Below, piece by piece: positions 45,074 to 53,716 of a stretch of DNA of 64,000 nucleotides; position 1 is the first letter of the stretch, and each line of letters starts with the position of its first letter. The translations under genes and the position numbers were made by a program. Source of the stretch: Calditrichales bacterium (GTDB lineage: Bacteria > Calditrichota > Calditrichia > Calditrichales > J004); the NCBI GenBank assembly GCA_965267575.1, contig OZ254086.1, forward strand, positions 800,001-864,000, in the 5' to 3' direction. The notes under the pieces were generated by a model that made no database searches, was not told where the DNA came from, and worked only from the letters and a program-made list of their open reading frames with translations.

Positions 45074-48000
45074 ATAAACTCTCTCTTTTCGCCAATTCTG
45101 CTTTTTTACCCGGCCGCGTCCTGGGCAGCAACACGGTAATCAGCGTGCCGCGCTTACGCATGGAATCCACGCGAATGATGCCTTTGTGATCGGAAATGAT
45201 ATTATACGTTGTGGAAAGCCCCAGCCCGGTGCCCTTCTTTTTAGATGAATAGAAAGGTTCGAATATCTTGCCCAGTTCCGCCGTCTTGATACCTATGCCC
45301 GTGTCACGGACGTCTATACGTATCCATTCTCCTTTTTCCTTTTCTTGCAATTTACTGCTTACCGATAACATCCCGCCTTCCGGCATAGCCTCGACGGCGT
45401 TAAGCATAATGTTTAGCAGCGCCTGCTTCATGCGATCCGGATTAAAAAGCGATTCTCCGATATTTTCATCAAGGTCCATTTCGATTTGAACATGTGCTTT
45501 CTTGCACTGTATGGACAGAAAATCCATTATGGTTTTTATTACTTCGTTTATATCACCGGCGTGGTGACCGCCACTGGCCGGATGCGTAAATACAAGGATC
45601 TCGTGGGTCAGCTTTTCCAGACGCTCTATTTCCTTTTGCGCCTTTTCCAGCAGCGGCAGAATATCAGGCTTATCGTTCAGATGATTAACCAGGTCATCAA
45701 TAAAAAGGCTGATCCCCGTAAGAGGATTGCGTATTTCGTGGGCCACCTTCGCCGCGAACCGGCCCAACGAAGCGAGCTTTTCCAACTGCTGTACCTGTTC
45801 GTCCAGTTGCTTTTTGTCGGTAACATCTTCCAGGATAATCACACTGTCCGGATTTGCCCCCTGCTCTGATTTGAACTGGGATGCATGTACGTTTAAAAAT
45901 TTTGTTTTGCCCGCAATGGAAAACTCCAGGTTATAACCGCTAAAAAAGCCGCGGTGCAGAATCTGCTGCCGGATGCGTTCAACCATCTGGCTGTTATCCC
46001 GGAACAATTCGGTAATATTTTGATATGGTCGAAAATCTTTTATCTCCAGCACCTCCATAGCCGCCTTGTTCATGCTGGTAATCTGCCCCTCGCTGCTTAC
46101 CGTGATCAGGCCATTGAGCATATATTTGAAAACGTTTTCAACAAAATTGCGCTGGTCAATGATCTCTCCGTAAAGACGCGTATTTTCGATAACGCGTGAC
46201 GCCTGGTTGGCCAGGATTTGCAGTGAATTGATGTCGGCGCTGCTGATATCCTTTTGCGAACGGATCTTATCGGCGCCCATGATGCCGATAATCTTTTCCT
46301 GTACACGCAGGGGCACAAATACAAAAGAGTTGCTCTTGGTATATTCCCGTATTTTTTTATCAAGTTTGGTTTGCTGGCTATAGCTGTTAAAGTCTTCCAC
46401 GAAAATTATACGACCTTCTTTAACAACCCGGGTTTCAATGCAATCGAAACGTTGCAGATGGTACCTGGAACGTCGCGCAACGCGTTCATTTTCGGCGGAG
46501 AAGCCGTACGTTTCGCGGCATGCTAAATATTTTTGGCGGTCATCTATGAGGTAAAGAATAGCGCGATCAAAACCGATGCTTTTTACGCATTTTTCCAGAA
46601 TCAGGCGGATAACCGTATTTACATCAAAAGTAGAGCCAAGAATATTGCTGATGCTTTGAATGCTTTTAAAAATCTCGATCTGATATTCCAGTTCACGGGC
46701 GTACTCTTCGGCTTTGCCTTTACTGGTCTTTAGCTCGTCTATGGTGCTTAGCAGGCGCGAGCGGTTCTTCTTCAGTTCCCCGGCCATTGAGTTAAAAACG
46801 CGGGCCAGCGTCCCGATTTCATCACTGCGATTGACGTTGATCTCCTTGCCAAGATCACCACGGGCGATTTTGCCGGCACCTTCCGTTAAGCTCACAATCG
46901 GCTTGGTAAGCTGGCGGGAAAAAAACCAAGCCGTCATCATTGCTGTCAAAAGGGCCAGCAGCATAAACAGAAAATAGTCGCTCTTCACCTGGGCGATCAG
47001 GCTTTCGATTTCGCGGCTTACAAACGCCGCTGATGTATTGAAGCCTATCAACTCCGCGCCAACGGTTACGCCCCCAAAAACGCCATGTTCGGCATACACT
47101 CCGCCGGAATATAAAACGGGTGCGTAAGCCATGATTTTAGTGATACCGCCGACATTTGTTGTAATGAGCGTGCCGGTATGTTTTTGGCGAACCTTTTGCG
47201 CTACGATCGGATAGTTGGGATGTACGAATCCGGTGCTGTCCAGATTAAACGGAATATAGCCCCGGTCTATCTGCTCCTGCGTGCTTGTTTCCGTGTAGGC
47301 GGGTATCCAGTTTCCCTGCCGATCAACACCTTTAATATCCCACAACTTGGGATGCGTGATAATCCAGCCCTGGTCATCAAACAAAAAGGCGTAGTTGCCG
47401 GAATTGTAACTTGGGAAGAGCACTTTTTCTTTGCTAAGCGGAAGCAGGTGTTGCGTAAACCCCATCAGATGGCGCTGATCCAGGGCCAGGGTAACCATGC
47501 CCGCAAGCTTATTGCCTTCATACACAGGAGCACAAAAACGAATGACGCCGTCATAGTAGACGCCGCCGGGCGCGTCATCCAGATTTTGCGCCCCTTGAAG
47601 CTGCTCTTTCTTATCTACAAAAAACCCAACCAAACGGCTGACATAAATTTCACCGGGTTGCAATGATTTTGTGCGTGCAAAATATTCTTCCACGCCGTAG
47701 CGCGTTTGCCGGGGATCAGAAACATTCTTTAGCCTTTCTCCCCGGGCCACGGTACCATCCTCAACCTTTATCAGCTCCCGGCCTGAAGGCGCAATAAATG
47801 CAATTTCTTTATATAAAGGAAGATCGACGGTTTGGTGATGGTGGCCTCGTTCCCAAACGGGTGCGGTTTGGTTTTGCAGAAAGGTGAGGTAAAAACCGGC
47901 TGATGGTTGGGCCTCTTTGATCGTCTGCAGGTCCGCTTCTATGTTTTTTAAAAAAACACCTATTTGCGTGGCCGTCTCGCTGGCCTGCAACTCCAGCATA

Positions 48001-48203
48001 TCGATGGTTTTTTCGTTCAGGCTGACAGTGGTCTTTTCATTGATCTCATCACCCACGTCGTGGATGGTTGACACCATATAAACGGTAATCAGCAGAACAG
48101 GCACCAGTACAAAAACTATCAACAGAACAAATACGCGCTGGAAAATTCCAAAGCGCGGGCCGGACAAAGGGACGGTTGTTTTTTCTACGGCATCAGCCAT
48201 CAC
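45060..48203 (-). CDS. Sensor histidine kinase (Cache-HAMP-GAF-PAS-HisKA-HATPase)
   Basis: Two TMs around a large periplasmic domain; DEIGTLA..FN HAMP; AHEIRNPL; DTGIG and GTGLGL. Confidence 0.92.
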   Translation of the reverse strand: MMADAVEKTTVPLSGPRFGIFQRVFVLLIVFVLVPVLLITVYMVSTIHDVGDEINEKTTVSLNEKTIDMLELQASETATQIGVFLKNIEADLQTIKEAQPSAGFYLTFLQNQTAPVWERGHHHQTVDLPLYKEIAFIAPSGRELIKVEDGTVARGERLKNVSDPRQTRYGVEEYFARTKSLQPGEIYVSRLVGFFVDKKEQLQGAQNLDDAPGGVYYDGVIRFCAPVYEGNKLAGMVTLALDQRHLMGFTQHLLPLSKEKVLFPSYNSGNYAFLFDDQGWIITHPKLWDIKGVDRQGNWIPAYTETSTQEQIDRGYIPFNLDSTGFVHPNYPIVAQKVRQKHTGTLITTNVGGITKIMAYAPVLYSGGVYAEHGVFGGVTVGAELIGFNTSAAFVSREIESLIAQVKSDYFLFMLLALLTAMMTAWFFSRQLTKPIVSLTEGAGKIARGDLGKEINVNRSDEIGTLARVFNSMAGELKKNRSRLLSTIDELKTSKGKAEEYARELEYQIEIFKSIQSISNILGSTFDVNTVIRLILEKCVKSIGFDRAILYLIDDRQKYLACRETYGFSAENERVARRSRYHLQRFDCIETRVVKEGRIIFVEDFNSYSQQTKLDKKIREYTKSNSFVFVPLRVQEKIIGIMGADKIRSQKDISSADINSLQILANQASRVIENTRLYGEIIDQRNFVENVFKYMLNGLITVSSEGQITSMNKAAMEVLEIKDFRPYQNITELFRDNSQMVERIRQQILHRGFFSGYNLEFSIAGKTKFLNVHASQFKSEQGANPDSVIILEDVTDKKQLDEQVQQLEKLASLGRFAAKVAHEIRNPLTGISLFIDDLVNHLNDKPDILPLLEKAQKEIERLEKLTHEILVFTHPASGGHHAGDINEVIKTIMDFLSIQCKKAHVQIEMDLDENIGESLFNPDRMKQALLNIMLNAVEAMPEGGMLSVSSKLQEKEKGEWIRIDVRDTGIGIKTAELGKIFEPFYSSKKKGTGLGLSTTYNIISDHKGIIRVDSMRKRGTLITVLLPRTRPGKKAELAKRESLYGDL

Positions 48204-48281
48204 GAATTGCCTTGATAGTAAATCGGGATAACCTATTATGAATAAATAAGCGGCCTACTGCAAATTTAAATGCGCGATGTG

Positions 48282-50963
48282 TCAGTTGGCGTCTTTTCTG
48301 GTAATTAAAACCACATCGTCGTCATATTGGCCACGGGAAAGCAGCAAATCGCCATTGGCGGCCCAATCAAAAGCCATAATATAGTGGTTGCTTTCACCCA
48401 CTTTAAAAAATGTAATTTGTCTGGGAGCGCTTCCGTCCATCGGGTAATTCCAAAGGTTAGAAATATCCTGATCGTCAATGATCAGGGTGATAGCTTTGCC
48501 ATCGCTTGTCCAGCGCAGATAGCGCGAATAAACACCCTCCGGCAGGTCTTCAAGAAACACGACGGGTTCTCCCCCTTCAAGCGGTGCCAATATAAGGCTT
48601 GATTTACCATCCACGCGCTGGAAAAAAGCGACCGTTTTCCCATCGGGAGAGACGGCCGGAGCGAAGCCCTCCCCGGTGCTCAGTATTTCATAATCACCAC
48701 CTGTAACAGGTATTTTAGCTACATGGGAAAACGCGTTGGAAGTCATCTCACACACAACCCAGTCATTTGCAGGAGAAATCTGAGGATTGCGCATATCGAA
48801 TGGCGCGTTATCGTTTATTGGGGTTGCTTTTCCACCGCTCAGGTTCAGCCGGTAAATCATAGTCTTTTTTTCATTACGCCAGGATTCAAAAATGATATAT
48901 TTTCCATCGGAAGACACATCGGGCCAGCGGTTTGTTTTGTTGTCGCCGGTAAGAAGACGTCCGTTGGTGCCGTCCTTATTTATTAACCAGATACTCCAAT
49001 CCCTGGTGCCGTGAACGATATGTCCGTCGGGTGTCCAGGCCAATCCGGCAAAGCCATCAAATTTGCCTTTGCTGACCTGTTCCAGTTTTTTGAAATCCCC
49101 GCCGGGCGCAACCCAAATGTTTGATGTCCAGTCTGATTTTACGGTAATAAAACTTTTGTCGCTGCCGGTAATACTGATGCCATTGTAGTTATTGGGATCG
49201 TTTGTGACGCGCCGCTCTTTTCCGCCGGGATAAGAAACATACCAGATTTGATAAAAATAGTCCGTTTCCCTGTGTGCGGCGGAAATCAGCAAACCGCGTC
49301 CGTCATTGGTCCAGGCCAATTGGTCAATCGCCCCCCAGAAGACGTCGTTTAGCATACTTTGCTCTCCCGATTGGGAATCAACCAAAATAATGCCTTCTTT
49401 TAAACTATCCAGCACCCCGTGGTAAGCGATGTGCACTCCATCCGGTGACCAGGCGATAACATCATTTGTCCAGGGCTGTTTCTCCCTTTTCAGGAGTACG
49501 CGTTCACTTCCACTCAAATCAGAAATGATCAGCTCTGTCGCGCTGTTGCCTGGGTCAAAACGGAAAAAAGCAAACTCTTTTCCTGTCGGTGAAAAAGAGA
49601 CAGGGCCGCTAACGTCTTCGGCTATTTTCTCGGGCTCGCCGCCCAAAACCGGCACTCTAAAAAGTCTGCTCCTCCTCCAATCCCCGCCATGATAATCCCT
49701 AAAAAAAATATGATTTCCGTCAGATGAAAAAATTATATTTCTGATGCTCTTTCGCGGCGGAATTATCTGGACGTTGCTGCGCGTAGCTATCGAATTAAGC
49801 CACAGGCTGCGTTTCCCGCGATCTTCCAGAACATAGGCGATGTACTTACCATCCGGTGAAATGGCCGCGCTGCCCGTACGCCCGTGTGTCGTAAAATGGG
49901 TAATGCTCATATTCTGAAAAGGTGAACTGTCCGTATTGTCATTTGTAAGCACAAACCAGGCGGCTATCGTCAAAGCAGCGAAAGCCGCGGCAATCCAGAG
50001 TGTTGGCTTCTTAATGCTAATAATATTGCCGTTTCGGTTACCTTTGTTCTCTTTATTCTTTTTATCAGACCGTTGAGGATTTTCGGGCAGAATCTCGCTA
50101 CTCACAGAAGGTTTGGCCTTTGAAGACCCTGTAATTGAGGCAGGCTCGGCTTTCTCAGAAGACGACTGATTTAAAGAATGTATAATTTCACGGATAGTTT
50201 GAATGCGCTGAGATATCTCTTTTTTTAAGCAGCGTTCACAGATATCCTTCAATCGTTCCGGTACATCCGGGCGCAGCGCAGAAAGCGATTGTGCCTCTTC
50301 ATTGACTATAGCGTAGACAACGGCTTGCTCATACTCACCCGGAAAAGGGAGTTGGCCGGCAAGCATTTCAAACAATAAAACGCCAAATGACCAGATGTCT
50401 GAACGACTGTCCACCTCTTCCCCGCGCACCTGTTCAGGTGACATGTAGGGAGCCGTGCCGAGGGTTGATTGCTCTTTTGTAAGCTGTATGCCCGCGCCCA
50501 CTTTGGCCAATCCAAAATCCATAATCTTGACCATGCCGCTCTTGGTAATCATAATATTTGAAGACTTTATATCACGATGAACAATCTCTTTTTGGTGCGC
50601 AGCCTCCAGACCTTGCGCTATCTGCAGCGCAATATCTTCCACTTCTTCAAATCGCAGCGCACCGTCTTTTAGGCTGGCGGCCAGTTCCTGCCCCTCGACA
50701 TATTCCATGACCAGGAAAACGTCATCATCGGTCTCTTCGATGGCGTGGATAGTGGCAATATTCGGATGGTTTAAAGCTGCAGCCGCCCTGGCTTCGATCT
50801 CAAAGCGTTTGCGCTCATCGGAATTAGCCGCAATGTGGCGCGGTAAAAATTTTATGGCGACCTGCCGCTCCAGTTTGGTGTCTTCGGCCAGGTAGACCAC
50901 ACCCATGCCGCCTTCGCCCAGCTTCTGTTTTATTTTATAATGAAGGATAGTTTTACCAATCAC
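48282..50963 (-). CDS. Transmembrane Ser/Thr kinase with TolB/PD40 beta-propeller
   Basis: GEGGMG, VAIK, HRDIK, DFG, SPE; TM; repeated (W/F/I)SPDG. Confidence 0.93.
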   Translation of the reverse strand: MIGKTILHYKIKQKLGEGGMGVVYLAEDTKLERQVAIKFLPRHIAANSDERKRFEIEARAAAALNHPNIATIHAIEETDDDVFLVMEYVEGQELAASLKDGALRFEEVEDIALQIAQGLEAAHQKEIVHRDIKSSNIMITKSGMVKIMDFGLAKVGAGIQLTKEQSTLGTAPYMSPEQVRGEEVDSRSDIWSFGVLLFEMLAGQLPFPGEYEQAVVYAIVNEEAQSLSALRPDVPERLKDICERCLKKEISQRIQTIREIIHSLNQSSSEKAEPASITGSSKAKPSVSSEILPENPQRSDKKNKENKGNRNGNIISIKKPTLWIAAAFAALTIAAWFVLTNDNTDSSPFQNMSITHFTTHGRTGSAAISPDGKYIAYVLEDRGKRSLWLNSIATRSNVQIIPPRKSIRNIIFSSDGNHIFFRDYHGGDWRRSRLFRVPVLGGEPEKIAEDVSGPVSFSPTGKEFAFFRFDPGNSATELIISDLSGSERVLLKREKQPWTNDVIAWSPDGVHIAYHGVLDSLKEGIILVDSQSGEQSMLNDVFWGAIDQLAWTNDGRGLLISAAHRETDYFYQIWYVSYPGGKERRVTNDPNNYNGISITGSDKSFITVKSDWTSNIWVAPGGDFKKLEQVSKGKFDGFAGLAWTPDGHIVHGTRDWSIWLINKDGTNGRLLTGDNKTNRWPDVSSDGKYIIFESWRNEKKTMIYRLNLSGGKATPINDNAPFDMRNPQISPANDWVVCEMTSNAFSHVAKIPVTGGDYEILSTGEGFAPAVSPDGKTVAFFQRVDGKSSLILAPLEGGEPVVFLEDLPEGVYSRYLRWTSDGKAITLIIDDQDISNLWNYPMDGSAPRQITFFKVGESNHYIMAFDWAANGDLLLSRGQYDDDVVLITRKDAN

Positions 50964-53716
50964 GTGACCAAGCCTTTATCTATTTTGGCTTTTAAATCTA
51001 TTAATTTGCGATAAAAGGCTGAATCCTTATCTCCGTTTTTCCAGGCCTCCAGCAAGTCGTTGCAAATCTCAAGTGCCTTTTTTTTGTTTCCCATAAGGCG
51101 GTATACATCTGCAATTTCATACATAAAATAGGGATAAAAGACACGGTAAAAGGTTACATCTGTCATGGGCGATTCATTTATGGCAATAGCATCTTCGTAT
51201 CTTCCCGCTTTTTTGTAAGCCATAACAAGCGGTAGCTGGTATTTATAACCCCATGATGATTGTTCCAGCAATTTAATGGCCCGTGTATACTCTTTTTCTG
51301 CCAGAGCAATGTACCCGGCGGGGTGATAGTAATAACGGTTGGGTTTATTGTTTAGCTTTTCCAGCAATTCTTCCGTTAATGATTTTGCCTTTTCCAAAGT
51401 GCCGAATTGAGCATGCCAGGCCGCTATATCCCGCAAAACGCGCAGATGTCCGGAGCTTTCATATACCGCGTTGTACTCGTCCAGGGCTTTGTCATGCTCT
51501 CCGCTTAATTCATACATAAAGGCCAGGCCCAGGCGAATCATGTCATAAACAAACCGATCGTGATCTGTTTCCATCGGGAGCGTTTTAAGATAGTTGCGCC
51601 AACCTCTTTTTGCGCGCTCTTTCTGCCCGATTTGGAAAAGCAGGCTGTACTTGCTGGTATGGGGGTTCTCCATATAATCTATTTTGTCGTAATGGGCAAT
51701 GGAAGAATCATAATAAGCCAGGGCTTGATTGTAGTTCTTGGTTAGCATGGCGAGATTGCCCACGTTCAGATAGTTCCGGAAATTACCGGGTTCAAGTTTA
51801 ATCTGTTGCAGTGCCTGCGCCCGCGCTTTTTCATATTGACGGGCATTGAAATAGGCATCAAACAGGTGCGCCATTCCCAATCTAAAATCAGGGTCAAGCT
51901 CCAGTAAAGATTCCATGACTGTAATGGCTTCATTATACTTTCCGCTGTGAAAATAGCTTTCGCTAAGCTGGTACAGGGCCTCTTTATCGTTTGGATAATC
52001 TTCAACGACCTTTTTAAAAAGAGGAATGGTCTCCGCAAACCCCTTTTCTTCTCTTTCGATGATAGCCTCAGTCAGCCGGTAATTTACCTTGCTGAGCTGA
52101 TCACCGTATTTAAGCGCCTTTTTGTAGAATGCTGCAAGCTCTGCCGTGTTATCCCTCTCCCAGCCAATAGCCGTTGCATATTTGTAGTAAGCCAGAGCGA
52201 AGGTGGAATCCAGCGTAAAGGCCTTTTCGAATTGTTCTGCCGCCGCAATCCAATTGTACTTATTCAGCAGTTTATCGCCTTCAAATATGTACCTGTAGGC
52301 TTCAAGGTTGTCAGTTGCTTTACCGGATTTGGAAGCTTTCGGGGCTATCGTTATAAAGTTGGTTACGATTTCAGAACTCAACCGATCAACCAGTTGAAGC
52401 ACTTCTTCTCCGCTGACATGGTTAGCCAGGACAATCTTTTTGTCTTTGAGATCTTCCAGTTGAAAATCAATACGCACCTGCGTACCGATTTTAAAAATGC
52501 TGCCATACAGAATATTCCTAACCCCGGCTTTTCCGGCCACCTCCGATGCCGTTGAGCGATCGATATTTTCAATATTTTCCAGGTTCATCTTTTTTAAGAT
52601 ATCATACATGCGCTGGTAACCGAGCACATCAATCCCGTCTACTCTTTCCAGGTCGGTTATGAGCATATGCGGCAACCCGCGGCTGAACCATTTCATCTCT
52701 TCGTCGGCGGAGTTGTTCTCAAAATACATTACGGCGATACTGTTTTTATTGGTGGAGCTGCTTAATGCTGCTTCCTGTTCGCTGCCCCAAAAGCTATTGG
52801 TAATTATGACAAGAGCTGTAAGCAGCAATACCACAGCACCTGCAATGATAAAGGGTTTTTTGGATCGTTTTGACAAAGCTGCTTTATTGCCGGTTACTGT
52901 TTTATCACCATCATTTTTGTGTGCCAGGTCGCTCAAAATTTCCGACATATCCTGGTAACGATTATCAGGCTCTTTTTCCAGGCATTTGTTCACAATGGAT
53001 ATTACTTCCCCCGGTACGTCCGGATTTACCGAGGAAATATTTTCCGGCGCTTCGTTTAAAACCGAATAAATAATCGCTTGCTCATAATCGCCTTTAAAGG
53101 GCAATTTCCCGGTTAATAACTCGTAAAGAACAATCCCGAAACTCCAGATATCCGTGCGCTGGTCTACGTCAGCTCCTCGGGCCTGCTCCGGGGACATAAA
53201 AGCGGCAGTACCGACGGTGGTGCCCACTTGTGTAAGCTGCGCCGAGCCCCGGAATTTAGCCAGGCCAAAATCCATAATCTTCACCTCACCATCCGGGCTG
53301 CTCATAATATTAGCCGATTTTATATCGCGGTGAACGATGCCTTTCTGGTGCGCCGCCCAAAGTCCTTTGGCAACTTGCCGCGCAATGTCAACCGCCTCTT
53401 CAACCGGCAACGCTTTGCCCTGAATGTGGTCCTTCAGGTGCTTGCCGGGAATATACTCCATAACCAAAAAAAGCTCATCGTCGGCCTCTTCAATAGCATG
53501 GATGGTGGCAATGTTGGGATGATTTAAGGCGGCTGCCGCTTTGGCTTCAATCTCAAAACGCTTGCGCTCATCGGAATTGGCGGTAATGTGGCGCGGTAAA
53601 AACTTGATGGCTACCTGGCGCTCCAGCTTCGTATCCTCGGCAAGATATACCACGCCCATACCGCCTTCGCCCAGCTTTTCAATAATATTATAGTGTAATA
53701 TATGTTTTCCGATCAT
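50960..53716 (-). CDS. Transmembrane Ser/Thr kinase with TolB-N/FlgO-like domain and TPRs
   Basis: Intact kinase motifs; TM; SIAVMYFEN; NLEAYRY; multiple TPRs. Confidence 0.93.
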   Translation of the reverse strand: MIGKHILHYNIIEKLGEGGMGVVYLAEDTKLERQVAIKFLPRHITANSDERKRFEIEAKAAAALNHPNIATIHAIEEADDELFLVMEYIPGKHLKDHIQGKALPVEEAVDIARQVAKGLWAAHQKGIVHRDIKSANIMSSPDGEVKIMDFGLAKFRGSAQLTQVGTTVGTAAFMSPEQARGADVDQRTDIWSFGIVLYELLTGKLPFKGDYEQAIIYSVLNEAPENISSVNPDVPGEVISIVNKCLEKEPDNRYQDMSEILSDLAHKNDGDKTVTGNKAALSKRSKKPFIIAGAVVLLLTALVIITNSFWGSEQEAALSSSTNKNSIAVMYFENNSADEEMKWFSRGLPHMLITDLERVDGIDVLGYQRMYDILKKMNLENIENIDRSTASEVAGKAGVRNILYGSIFKIGTQVRIDFQLEDLKDKKIVLANHVSGEEVLQLVDRLSSEIVTNFITIAPKASKSGKATDNLEAYRYIFEGDKLLNKYNWIAAAEQFEKAFTLDSTFALAYYKYATAIGWERDNTAELAAFYKKALKYGDQLSKVNYRLTEAIIEREEKGFAETIPLFKKVVEDYPNDKEALYQLSESYFHSGKYNEAITVMESLLELDPDFRLGMAHLFDAYFNARQYEKARAQALQQIKLEPGNFRNYLNVGNLAMLTKNYNQALAYYDSSIAHYDKIDYMENPHTSKYSLLFQIGQKERAKRGWRNYLKTLPMETDHDRFVYDMIRLGLAFMYELSGEHDKALDEYNAVYESSGHLRVLRDIAAWHAQFGTLEKAKSLTEELLEKLNNKPNRYYYHPAGYIALAEKEYTRAIKLLEQSSWGYKYQLPLVMAYKKAGRYEDAIAINESPMTDVTFYRVFYPYFMYEIADVYRLMGNKKKALEICNDLLEAWKNGDKDSAFYRKLIDLKAKIDKGLVT

